A stretch of 63,925 nucleotides of DNA, filler included, from Octopus bimaculoides (lineage: Eukaryota): the NCBI RefSeq assembly GCF_001194135.2. It is 4 parts of 4 records of this genome, joined end to end, with 100 filler letters (N's around TTAATTAATTAA, not from the genome) between each part and the next. Parts side by side here need not be neighbours in the genome. Positions count along the whole stretch, not along the records: positions 1 to 13,452 come from NC_069010.1; positions 13,553 to 27,715 come from NC_069008.1; 2 more parts are not named here. One strand, 5' to 3'. The translations under genes and the position numbers were made by a program. This document shows positions 12,290-23,826 of this stretch, piece by piece; the first letter of the stretch is position 1, and every line of letters starts with the position of its first letter. The notes beneath the pieces are model-generated. The model was not told the origin of the DNA, made no database searches, and saw nothing but the letters and a program-made list of their open reading frames with translations.

Positions 12290-12665
12290 CGCAACTGGTA
12301 CTTAATTTATCGAACCCGAAAGGATGAACGGTAAAGTCGACCTCGACAGAATTTGAACCCAGAACATAAAGACAGATGAAATACCACTAGGCATTTTGCC
12401 CGACGTGCTAACGATTCTACCAGCTCGCTGCCTTCAATGATAATAATAATAGTAATAATAATAATAACAACAATAATAATGGTTTCAAATTTCACCACAA
12501 GGGCAGCAATTTTGGGGGGAGGGGAGAGTCGATTACATCGACCCCAGTGTTCAACTGGTACTTATTTTATTGACCATAAAAGGAAGAAACGCAAAGTCGA
12601 CCTCGACGGAATTTGAACTCAGAACGCAGCAACAGGCGTATTATACTACTAAGCATTTTGTCCAG
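12290..12665 (-). mobile_element. Two adjacent SINE family B copies (12290-12435, 12478-12665)
   Basis: AACTGGTACTTA...GTCGACCTCG...AATTTGAAC motifs occur twice. Confidence 0.8.
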
Positions 12666-12670
12666 CTAGT

Positions 12671-12890
12671 GTAGAGGACAGTTGATGTAGAGGACAATTG
12701 ATGTAGGGGACAGTTGATGTAGAGGACAGTTGATGAAGAGGACAGCTGATGCAGAGGACAGCTGATGTAGAGGACAGTTGATGTAGAGGACGGCCAGTGT
12801 AGAGGACAGTTGATGTAGAGATGTAAGGGACAGTTGATGTAAGGGACAGCTGATATAGAGGAAAGTCATTGTGAAGGGTAGTTGCTGTGG
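12671..12890. repeat. 16-bp minisatellite GTAGAGGACAGTTGAT, about 13 copies
   Basis: Directly visible; units start at 12671, 12687, 12703, 12719 and so on. Confidence 0.95.
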
Positions 12891-13496
12891 GAGACACTCA
12901 ATATGGGGGACAGCTGAGTGGCAGAAGTGGATAGAGGTTGAGAAGACAGGTCATGGGAAACACTGGAATGATAGACAGAGGTGGTGAAAGACTGCTTGAA
13001 GAGGACATTGGAGGTGAGGGACCGTAGGAGTGAAGAAGGTCGCAAAAGGGAGATGGGGGACACGGAGGACATTGGGGGTGGTAATGCAGTTGGTGAGGGA
13101 CACTAGGGATAGAGGATGTGGAAGATACAGGGGAGGCGAGGGGACACAGATTACAACAACCAGAAAACGGGAGCTACAAGAAGTGGAACACACAGAAAGG
13201 GACTGACACAGGACATGGAGTACTGTAGATGTGATGGACCCTGGATATGAAGGTAGGTAGTGTGTCTGGTGGTGGTGGTGGTGGTGAGGGACAGCCGGCA
13301 GAGGTAGGAGGGGTCGGGGCAGGGAATTAAGGTCATTAAGGAAAGGATGTGATGGTGTTGCTTCCCTATTCAAAGGGAAGATGATCCCAGCTATTATCTT
13401 CACCTGTTGACCCTTTTTTCTGCTCTTCACCCAACACACCACTCCCATTGCCNNNNNNNNNNNNNNNNNNNNNNNNNNNNNNNNNNNNNNNNNNNN

Positions 13497-13508
13497 TTAA
13501 TTAATTAA
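13497..13508. other. Synthetic scaffold linker 44N-TTAATTAATTAA-44N
   Basis: An identical 100-bp cassette also occurs at 27760-27771 and 49384-49395. Confidence 0.95.
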
Positions 13509-13720
13509 NNNNNNNNNNNNNNNNNNNNNNNNNNNNNNNNNNNNNNNNNNNNATCGTCCAACCCATGCTAGCATGGAAAGCGGACGTTAAACGATGATGA
13601 TGATGATGATGATGATATTTGTGTGTGTATGTGTGTGTGTGTGTGTATAAGTACATATTTTATATTGTATGTATATATTTTATTAATTTGCCTGTACAGT
13701 TGATTATTTGCCTGCCACTT

Positions 13721-15875
13721 GTGATGATATTTTAATAATACAATCCCTAGAGAGCCTGCCGAATGTCGACCCAACAGAGGGACCAGCTATCCGAGTTGAC
13801 AGTACCAGGGTAGATAAAGCAATTAAGAGTATGAAGACAGAGAAGGCCCCCAGCCCATCAGGAATCACTGCAGAGATGCTCAAAATATCTGGCAGTGTCG
13901 GCTATAGCCTAGTCACCCATATTGTTAACCAGGTGATACACGAAGGAGTCATACCCAATGACTGGTGTAGCAGCACCATAGTCAACTGCTACAAAGGTAA
14001 AGGTGATGCTTTAGACACAAACAATTACAGAGGTATCAAGTTGTTAGATCAGGTAATGAAAATCACGAAGAGGGTCATAGCCCAACTAATTAGGGAGCGA
14101 GTCAGTTTAGATGAGATGCAGTTTGGGTTTGTGCCAGGGAAAGGCACCACTGATGCTATCTTTCTGGTAAGACAGCTTCATGAGGAATATCTAGCCAAGG
14201 ATAAACCTCTGTACATGGCTTTCGTTGACATGGAGAAAGCCTTGGACAGGGTCCCCCGATCCCTTATCTGGTGGTCAATGAGGAAACTAGGGATAGATGA
14301 ATGGTTAGTGAGAGCTGTGTGAGCTATGTACAGTAAGGTGAGGGTTGGCAACGAGTACAGTGAAGAATTCTGGGTTGAGGTAGGGGTCCACCAAGGTTCT
14401 GTCCTCAGCCCCCTCCTATTTATCATAGTCCTCCAGGCAATAACAGAGGAATTCAAGACAGGATGCCCCTGGGAGCTCCTCTATGCTGATGACCTTGCAC
14501 TAATTGCTGAGTCACTATCAGAACTAGAGGAGAAGTTTCAGGTGTGGAAGCAAGGACTAAAATCGAAGGGCCTTAGAGTCAACCTAGCTAAAACCAAAGT
14601 CCTAATAAATAGGAAGGTAGACAAAACACAAACCCCTTCGGGTAGATGGCCCTACTCGATCTGTAGAAAAGGTGTAGGCAGAAACTCTATAAGATGCACC
14701 CAGTGCAAGCTATGGACACATAAGAGGTGCAGCAATATCAAAGGAAGGTTAACTTGGAAGTTAGTTTTTGTATGTAGGAGATATTCAGGAGCAACACAAA
14801 CTGTGAATGTGCAGAAAACAACTTCTGCCACGTTCCAGGGAGAAAAACTAGAAGTAGTTGAAAGCTTCCGCTATCTAGGTGACCAAGTTAGTGGGGATGG
14901 TGCGCTGAAAGTGTAGCTGCTAGAATAAGAATAGCCTGGGAAATGTTCAGAGAGCTCTTACCTCTGCTGGTGACAAAGGGCCTCTCACTCAGAGTAAAAG
15001 GCAGACTGTATAACGCATGTGTACGAACAGCCATGCTTCATGGGAGTGAAACAAGGGCTGTGACTGTTGAAGACATGCGTAGGCTCGCAAGGAATGAAGC
15101 CAGTATGCTCTGATGGATGTGTAATGTCAGTGTGCATACTAGACAGAGCGTAAGTACCTTGAGAGAAAAGTTGAACCTAAGAAGCATCAGTTGTGGTGTG
15201 CAAAAGAGACGGTTGCGTTGGTATGGTCATGTGGCAAGAATGGATGACTTGTGAACACCTGTTGAGGCAAGTGAAATCGAAATCAAAATCGAACTATCTC
15301 AACGACTGGCACCCATGCCAACGACGTCTTCTTCATTGGACATGAAACTCGGCTTGTGAAGACCTGTTGAGGCAAGCGAAGCGAAATCGTGATGGCACCT
15401 GTGCCCAGCGTTGCCTTTCTGGCACTTGTGCTGGTGGCACGTGTAAAGACATTCGAGTGAGATCGTTGCCAGTGCCGCTGGACTGGCTCCTATGCAGGAC
15501 ACGAAACTCGACTTGTGAAGACCTGTTGGGGCAAGCGAAAATGAAATCGTGATGCCACCTGTGCCCAGCGTCGCCTTCCTGGCACATGTAGAGACATTCG
15601 AGCGATATTGTGCCAATGCCCCAAGATTGGCTCCTGTGCAGGTGGCACGTAAAATACACCATTTTGAGCATGGCCATTGCCAGTACCTCCTGACTGGCCT
15701 TTGTGCCGGTGGCACGTAAAAGCACCCACTACACTCTCGGAGTGGTTGGCGTTAAGAAGGGCATCCAGCTGTAGAATCTCTGCCAAATCAGATTGGAGCC
15801 TGGTGTAGCCATCTGGTTTCGCCAGTCCTCAGTCAAATCGCCCAACCCATGCTAGCATGGAAAGCGGACGTTAAA
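13721..15875 (+). mobile_element. 5'-truncated RTE-clade LINE with candidate TSD TGCCACTT (13713-13720 / 15876-15883)
   Basis: RT ORF2 relic followed by a repeat-rich 3' UTR and the shared RTE tail. Confidence 0.9.
13749..15245 (+). pseudogene. RTE ORF2 reverse transcriptase pseudogene
   Basis: Motifs YRGIKLL, QFGF.PGKGTTDAIF, AFVDMEKALDRV, GVHQGSVLSPLLF, LLYADD, FRYLG and RLRWYGHV. In-frame TGA at 14320-14322 and a frameshift near 14890-14910. Confidence 0.95.
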
Positions 15876-15883
15876 TGCCACTT

Positions 15884-16410
15884 TTTAAAAACTAATTTTA
15901 CATGTGCATCAGAGAACTTGATCTACCTAATTACAGGCTCTGGATGCAAACGGCAGTATAATGGACACACAAAAAACAGCCTACGTCAGAGGATGGCAGT
16001 GCACAAATCTCAAATTAGGATCCCGGAAAACAGGAAAATACCTCTCAGCCAGCACATTGACGAATGTGCTTACAACAAATTTCCCAAATTCACGTTTCCA
16101 CTATACAAATTCAAAGACAATGCTAGCTAAAATAAACGCATTAGCAAGGAAATACATTTCATAAGAAAATACCGACTGAGTCTAAATTCTCTAAACTAGC
16201 AACACTGAAACATTTATATATACATATATATGGATTTGCAAGTTATTCATAAGAAATAAACAAAGGGGATCGAAGAACCCGATTTCTATTAAAACCACAG
16301 GGGGAACAACTTCACCACAACGACTCCTACTACTATTATTATTATTACTGCTGCTGCTTATTTGACGGCTACAGCCACTCCTAGAAAACAAGACTTGACC
16401 ACTATTTGAT
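15884..16410 (+). mobile_element. Penelope-like element fragment: GIY-YIG endonuclease pseudogene plus 3' region
   Basis: NFTCASENLIYLITGSGCKRQYNGHTKNSLRQRMAVH matches the PLE GIY-YIG pattern (FTC...IY.I.C..C...YIG.T...LR.R...H). Confidence 0.85.
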
Positions 16411-17266
16411 TTANNNNNNNNNNNNNNNNNNNNNNNNNNNNNNNNNNNNNNNNNNNNNNNNNNNNNNNNNNNNNNNNNNNNNNNNNNNNNNNNNNNNNNN
16501 NNNNNNNNNNNNNNNNNNNNNNNNNNNNNNNNNNNNNNNNNNNNNNNNNNNNNNNNNNNNNNNNNNNNNNNNNNNNNNNNNNNNNNNNNNNNNNNNNNNN
16601 NNNNNNNNNNNNNNNNNNNNNNNNNNNNNNNNNNNNNNNNNNNNNNNNNNNNNNNNNNNNNNNNNNNNNNNNNNNNNNNNNNNNNNNNNNNNNNNNNNNN
16701 NNNNNNNNNNNNNNNNNNNNNNNNNNNNNNNNNNNNNNNNNNNNNNNNNNNNNNNNNNNNNNNNNNNNNNNNNNNNNNNNNNNNNNNNNNNNNNNNNNNN
16801 NNNNNNNNNNNNNNNNNNNNNNNNNNNNNNNNNNNNNNNNNNNNNNNNNNNNNNNNNNNNNNNNNNNNNNNNNNNNNNNNNNNNNNNNNNNNNNNNNNNN
16901 NNNNNNNNNNNNNNNNNNNNNNNNNNNNNNNNNNNNNNNNNNNNNNNNNNNNNNNNNNNNNNNNNNNNNNNNNNNNNNNNNNNNNNNNNNNNNNNNNNNN
17001 NNNNNNNNNNNNNNNNNNNNNNNNNNNNNNNNNNNNNNNNNNNNNNNNNNNNNNNNNNNNNNNNNNNNNNNNNNNNNNNNNNNNNNNNNNNNNNNNNNNN
17101 NNNNNNNNNNNNNNNNNNNNNNNNNNNNNNNNNNNNNNNNNNNNNNNNNNNNNNNNNNNNNNNNNNNNNNNNNNNNNNNNNNNNNNNNNNNNNNNNNNNN
17201 NNNNNNNNNNNNNNNNNNNNNNNNNNNNNNNNNNNNNNNNNNNNNNNNNNNNNNNNNNNNNNNNNN

Positions 17267-17299
<33 letters not shown>

Positions 17300-17439
17300 T
17301 ACACACAAATATGGTGATGATACATATATACATACACATTAGGATAAAAATAAAGTTATGAAAAATGCTTAATATATTTGAAGAAAATTCTTTTATGACA
17401 AATTGCATGCAATATTTCTTTAAAATTGCAGAGCGTTTT

Positions 17440-19210
17440 CAGATTGATAATTCTCAACTAGCTTCTTTAGTTGTACATCAATCATTTGATAGGACTTCAT
17501 TTTTTTGTTGTCTAGTCCCCATGTCGAATGTGTGCAATTTTTGTCAGGCTTTTAAGCCTTCTTCAGTCTTAAGAGCATTGTAAAGTTTCCACAAATTTGG
17601 ATGTGTGGATGTTATCGATGACTGCAAACTATTGTGGAACCCTTCCACCAAATTATTTGCTCTTAGCAAGTCATTTAAAATGTAGTTGCGTATATTCCAG
17701 AGTTGGATAGGAAACTGTGGGGTTTCTCTTCGTCAGTGAAGACTGCATTCCCTTACAGTCCCAATGTATGAATTCTTAAAATAAGTGATAAACTCAGAAG
17801 GGATGCTTTCATCATCAGACAAATCTTCAAATCCATGGACAGCGTCTTCAATTTGTAAAAATGCTAAAGTACAAAAATACTTAATTTTAAGCGGAAAACT
17901 TTCATCCATGTTGTATCTCCTACTTTCACCAAGTGCACATATCTTCCGTCTGAGATGGAAAACACACCCAACTACTTCTAAATGTGGAAATACAGAAACA
18001 AATGAATAATGGAGAGCTTTTTCAAAGTCCCTGAGACAGGTCACAGGTCGACAATTTGCCCTTAAATACTGCACAGCAGACAGAACACGGCGGTATGAGG
18101 TTTCTATTTTGTCAGGAAGTAAGGCAAATAGTTTGGGCACACATGACCCACCAATGATGGGTCATGTGTGAAAGGCTGACACCACAAATAGGAAACACCT
18201 TAAAAGTCCCATCAAAGGCCCTATTTTCAGAGCTTTCTGGATCATGCAAGCTTTTTTCTGAGGAAAAAACTAAAACTCTGAGTTATCAATGCCACTGTCA
18301 AAGACAAAAAACAAGGACCCATTTTCTAAGTACTTAACTGCATCAGGAATTTCAAACCCTGAACGACAAGTTGAAAGCGCTGAGATTCCTAAAGCATGCT
18401 GCCTCCAGCTACGTATGTTACATGAAAGTCAAGGAATAGTTTGCAACAATGACTACACTCTTGAAGTGGTTGGCATTAGGAAGGGCATCCAGCTGTAGAA
18501 ACATTGCCAGATTGGATTGGAGCCTGGTGCAACTTCCTGGCTCACCAGCCCTCAGTTAAACCGTCCAGCCCATACCAGCATGGAAAGTGGACGTTAAACG
18601 ACAATGATGTTGATGATTGTGCTTCCTCATCAAGATTTTGTACAGCAGTAGCGATTACTTCTCATGAAGATACTGTGCCCATTCTCATTACGTCACTTTT
18701 CATTGAATTAACCGCCTTTTGGGCATTAACATGTGCACTGCTTGCTGAGTGATTATGGGAGCCCATTGAAAAAAATAACTTCTGATATACTGGAATTGAA
18801 AGTTGTATGTAGCCTAGCCCAGCAACCTTTGTAAAGACGTTCACAACACCAATATATTTTTGTTTTGCTACTGTTAACCCCATTCTTTTAGTATCTACGA
18901 TTCTCTTCATCACAAAGCTTACGTTTGTTCTTCTCTGATGTTATAAATGTTGCCATGGTTGAGGGTTCCAAAGTTCAAAGTTAAATTGGATAGAAAAAAA
19001 TTAGCAGTACAGTGAAATTCTGTTAAAAAATGAGTAATAATGACAAACCTATATTTTAACTAATGGCTAATTAGTTAAGAAGTGTGTAACAAGGGCGTGT
19101 GTAATTAGTTTTCTATAGACCGTTATTTTCTGAGTGGAATTCACTTTAGTGGAATATACCACAGTGAATTTTACCTTTTCTGAAATTTAGCATAGTGGAA
19201 TTTACTGGTC

Positions 19211-19213
<3 letters not shown>
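17440..19213 (-). mobile_element. Decayed FLYWCH-containing Mutator (MULE, Phantom-like) transposon
   Basis: KIYWCCERLYKGCWARLHT...GSHNH (FLYWCH, ~18750-18860), FDGTFK (~18200) and FALLPDK...DFEKALH...VFP...GCVFH (17733-18140). AGTGGAAT subrepeats at 19125-19205 form a likely TIR. Confidence 0.85.
18452..18616 (+). mobile_element. RTE-type 3' tail inserted in the MULE transposase
   Basis: GTTGGCATTAGGAAGGGCATCCAGCTGTAGAA...GGACGTTAAAC interrupts the MULE frame. Confidence 0.8.
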
Positions 19214-19244
<31 letters not shown>

Positions 19245-19245
<1 letters not shown>

Positions 19246-20288
19246 TAGCAGCTAAGCCTGGTTTCACCTGGTCTGTTTGGATGATGTGGCTGTGATCGTT
19301 TTCGGTTAGACATAGACAAGTACCTTTTTAGAGAAGAAAATGTAGCTGAGAGGTATTGTATTGGATGTCTGTCTAATCAGAGAGCAGAAAGTGAAAAAAG
19401 ATACATGAAATGGACCTGTGTGTGTGTGTGTGTGTATGTGTGTTTTCCCGGCTAATTTGGCAGGAGCTTTGCAGTCTGCACGAGGTGGTTTGTGTTTATC
19501 TCTTGAGTCAAATTGTTGTGGATTTGTCTGTAATAGCAATGCCCGGACAAGTGAAAATATAGGCAAGACTTCCATCCGTTCCACCCCAAAAAAACACCCT
19601 TTTTTAATTTTTTTTTACCCCCACCCNNNNNNNNNNNNNNNNNNNNNNNNNNNNNNNNNNNNNNNNNNNNNNNNNNNNNNNNNNNNNNNNNNNNNNNNNN
19701 NNNNNNNNNNNNNNNNNNNNNNNNNNNNNNNNNNNNNNNNNNNNNNNNNNNNNNNNNNNNNNNNNNNNNNNNNNNNNNNNNNNNNNNNNNNNNNNNNNNN
19801 NNNNNNNNNNNNNNNNNNNNNNNNNNNNNNNNNNNNNNNNNNNNNNNNNNNNNNNNNNNNNNNNNNNNNNNNNNNNNNNNNNNNNNNNNNNNNNNNNNNN
19901 NNNNNNNNNNNNNNNNNNNNNNNNNNNNNNNNNNNAAAACATTTCTGTAGTTACGGTTATGGTTTTAGGGTTAGAGTTGGGCTTTTAGGGTTAGGATTTT
20001 AGGGTTAGTGTTGGGGAAAAAAGTCAAAATTGAAGAAGTTGGGAAGGAAAGGTGGCGGGGAGATTTCACAATGCCGATTTTTGGCAATTTTCCTGAACCT
20101 CTGTATCAGAAAACGGGGCAAACAAATTTGGAAGAAAATGGGGGAGGACAGAAGTCTTTCCAAAATATCTTTGCAGAAAACAGCTTCAGGAGTTGTGAAG
20201 AAAGAATTTGTATGTAGTCTGTTTCTGAGAACTATTCTATTAGACTTCTGTCTAATCACATCTTTTAAAGTACATACACATACATAGA
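19245..20288 (-). mobile_element. Candidate non-autonomous Helitron
   Basis: Minus-strand 3' end reads ...CCAGGTGAAACCAGGCTTAGCTG-CTAG|T, a decayed GC hairpin before CTAG. The possible 5' end is TCTATGTATG at 20288, but its flank is T rather than the expected A. Confidence 0.45.
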
Positions 20289-20519
20289 AAATGTGTGGCC
20301 ATGGTAGAAAATTTTTACGATAGTTGATTTCTAGAAAAGATTATGTTAAATTTTTGAGATGCAAATCTGTGAATGAAAACTAAGTTCAAACCTCTACATG
20401 GTAGGGAGACCAGCTAGAAATAGCAGCCAAATCTCCCTCAAAACACCCTACTGTATTAATGCGACAATTGTGCATATTATGTAGTTTGAATGAGAAGCTG
20501 TAACCTAAAAATAGAAAGG

Positions 20520-20552
<33 letters not shown>

Positions 20553-20554
<2 letters not shown>

Positions 20555-20770
20555 GGTGGTGAGCTGACAGAATCTTTAGCACACTGGGCAAAATGCTTAG
20601 TGGCTTTTTGTCCATCTTTACGTTCTAAGTTCAAATTCCACCAAGGTCAACTTTGCCTTTCATCCTTTTGGTGTTGATAAATTAAATACCAGTGAAACAC
20701 TGGGGTCAGTGTAATCGATTAGTCCCCTCCCGACAAATTTCAGGCCTTGTACCTATAGTAGAAAGGATTA
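20553..20770 (+). mobile_element. SINE family B, near full length
   Basis: AAGGTGGTGAGCTGACAGAATC head, B-box-like AGTTCAAATTCC, and an ATT-repeat tail. Confidence 0.85.
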
Positions 20771-20925
20771 TTAATATTATTATCATCATCATCATCATTA
20801 TTAAGGCAGTGAGCTGGCAGAATCATTAGCATGTCACCTTTCACTGCATTTCCCTCTATCCATCTACTGCTCTCCTTTCAGTCTCTCTAAAACTTACCTA
20901 CCCACTCACCCTGTCCTATCCTCTA

Positions 20926-21122
20926 TGAGGGAGTGGTGAAAAGTTCCTGGTTTGGGTAGAAGAAAATACAGGAGGATCAGTTAATAATGATTCTATCCAA
21001 CATATTCCCCTCTCAGATACACACACTTATTGCAGCAGTCCTTCAGTTTTTCAAAGCCCTGTAAAAGAACTCAGAAGGTTAGACCTCCAACGAGGCCTTT
21101 TGTGATACCATTAAAGCCAAGA
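20926..21122 (+). mobile_element. Mariner-type MITE lacking the right TIR
   Basis: Collinear with the intact copy at 40014-40233. Confidence 0.75.
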
Positions 21123-21339
21123 ATCCAGTATATCATTTCTCTTATATTCATCTTCCTGTAACCTGAAGGTATGCCCTGATGCTATCATCACTATCATTTT
21201 TTTGTCACTTGTCCCACAGGGGTAACCATGTATCTCTTCTGCAATAAGACACTTATACCTGTCTTTCCCTGTCTTGTCACCAGGTATAAAGCTGCCTCCC
21301 TCAATACTACCCACTTTAGTTGAATGAGTCTTCTCTTGT

Positions 21340-21550
21340 GAGTTCCTTGATGACCTCACTGGTACTGGTGCCACATAAAAAAATACCCAGTATATTTTGT
21401 AACACAATTGGCATTAGGAAGAGCATACATCAATAGAAGCCATGAAATAGTGCTTGGCACAATCTTTTGGCTTGCCAGCTCCTGTCAAACTGTCTAATCT
21501 ATGCCAGCATGGAAAACAGTCGTTAAATGGTGATAATCATGATGATTATG
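21340..21550 (+). mobile_element. Decayed RTE-type 3' tail
   Basis: TTGGCATTAGGAAG...CCAGCATGGAAA...CGTTAAATG. Confidence 0.6.
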
Positions 21551-21784
21551 AAAATATATATGTGTGTGTATATATATATTAAATCTAAGTCCTTTGGCTA
21601 CTGGAGATAAAGTCAGACAATTGCTATACTAATGAAGGCTATTGAACCAACACCACGTCCCCTTATCTCCTTTTTTTAATGGTACATAAATTTTGAAGAA
21701 TTTTGGATTTAAAGATATTTCCCCTTTCCGAGTGGAGTAAAAATGATTTTAATAAATCAAGAATTTTTTGTTGTAAAGTATTCA

Positions 21785-21975
21785 CATGCTGGATAAAATG
21801 CTTGACAGCATTTTGTTCTGAGTTCAAATTCTGCTGAGGTTGACTTTGCATTTCATCCTTTCAGGGGTGATAAAATACATACCAGTTGAGCACTGGGGTC
21901 GATGTAATCAACTTAATCCTGCCCCCAAAATTGCTGGCCTTGTCCCAAAATTTGGAACCACATCAAAACTGGTAA
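21785..21975 (+). mobile_element. SINE family B
   Basis: TTCTGAGTTCAAATTC...GACTTTGC.TTTCATCCTTTC...CACTGGGGTCGATGTAATC. Confidence 0.8.
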
Positions 21976-22062
21976 TATTTCTAAAAAGTCACTTAATGTA
22001 ACAAATATAGAAATACTTATCCTGTCTGTGTAAAGGGAAACAAATGTTTGAAAATCTGTGTG

Positions 22063-22221
22063 GAGGCATAAGTGTGGCTGTGTAGTAAGAAGCTTGCTTC
22101 CCAACCACATGGTTCTGAGTTCAGTCCCACTGTGTGGCACCTTGGGCATATTTTACTATTGCCTCAGGCTGATCAAAGTCTTGTGAGTTGATTTGGTACA
22201 GAGAAAATGAAAGAAGCCTGT

Positions 22222-22222
<1 letters not shown>
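22063..22222 (+). mobile_element. SINE family A 5' half
   Basis: tRNA-like head plus GCACCTTGGGCA. A family A tail remnant lies at 23676-23712. Confidence 0.8.
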
Positions 22223-22252
<30 letters not shown>

Positions 22253-22261
22253 ATATATATA

Positions 22262-22294
<33 letters not shown>

Positions 22295-22308
<14 letters not shown>

Positions 22309-23675
22309 CATTATGATTATTTAACGTGTGTAGTCCATGCTGGCATGGACTGGATGGTTTGACAAGGGCTGGTAAGCTGAGGGGTGAACCAGACTCAGTC
22401 TGATTTGGCATGATTCCTATGGCTGGATGCCCTTCCTAACACCAACCACAAGTGTAACAGGTGGTTTTATGTGCCACCGGTACGGGTGCCAGTTGTGTGA
22501 CACCAGTATATCATGACTATGATTTCACTTTGCTTGATGTGTTTTCTTCTCAAGCACAACATATCAAGGTCTCCATCATCTGTCATTGCCACCATGAGGC
22601 CCAACACTTGAAAGGTACTTTTTAGAGGACACCAGCATCAGCCACATTACTTCCATTAGGCCCAATGCTAGAAAGGTGTTTTTTACATGCCACCGGCACA
22701 GCTGCCAGTTGCTGACACCAACAACAGCCATGGCTGATTTCACTTGTCTTGGCGGGTCTTCTCAAGCACAGCATATCACCAAAGGAATCTTTCTCTAGTC
22801 ATTGCCTCCATAAGGCCTATGTTCGATGATCATGTTTCACCATCTCATCCCATGTCTTCCTGGGTCTCCCTTCTCCACAACTTCCCTCCACTGTTAAAGA
22901 TTAGTACTTCTTCAAACAGCTGTCCACATTCATCCACATCACATGACCATACCAACACTATCGTCTCTCTTGCACACCACATCTGATGCCTCTTATGCCC
23001 AACTTTTCTCTCAAGATGCTTACTGTCGTACATGCACACTGACATTGCACATCCAGCAAAACAGACTTGCTTCATTTCTTTCAAGCCTACACATGTCCTC
23101 AGCAGTCACAACCCATGTTTCAGTGCAATGTAGCATGGCTGTTTGCACATAGGCATCATACAATATGCCTTTCACTCTGAGGAAGAGGCCTTTTGTTACC
23201 AACAGAGATAGGAGCTCTCAGAACTTTGCTCATCCTATTCTTATTCTAGCAAATATGCTCTTGGAGTATCCACCTCCACTACTGACTTGGTCACCTAGAT
23301 AACAAAAGCTTTCAACTACTTCTAGCTTCTTCCCCTGTGCAATTGTAGTGTTTATCATGCCTGTGCACCTTCCACATACGAAAACGATTGTCCCTGTTAA
23401 CCTTCCCCTGATATTTCTACACCTCATATGTGTTCATAGCTTATACTGGGTACATCTTATGGAGTTACTACATTACACTTTTTCTATAGATCAAGCAGCA
23501 GGGGTTTGTGATTTGTCTACTTTCCTATTTACTAAGGCTTTAGTTTTCGCTAGATTAACTCTAAATTTCATTGATTCTAGTCCTTGCTTCCACACCTGAA
23601 ATGCCTTCTCTAGTTCCAGTAGTGATTTGGCTGTAAGAGCAAGATCATCAGCATAGAGGAGCTCCCAGAGGCAGG
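22295..23675 (-). mobile_element. Decayed 5'-truncated RTE LINE
   Basis: WELLYADDLAL, VNLAKTKAL, FVCGRCTG, LEVVESFCYLG, RVKGILYDAYVQTAMLH and a 3' tail; paralogous to 13721-15875. Confidence 0.9.
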
Positions 23676-23785
23676 CCGTCAAATGACTAAAACAAGTAAA
23701 AGATAAAAGATACTTACATGCTGTTTCTACTTATACATTTTACCTATAACCTTTGATTTGTATGGATTTTTAACTCCTTTTGAAA

Positions 23786-23826
<41 letters not shown>

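Noticed and set aside
18141-18170. 11-bp hairpin CACATGACCCA/TGGGTCATGTG
   Set aside because: It lies within the MULE coding relic; no independent function is evident.
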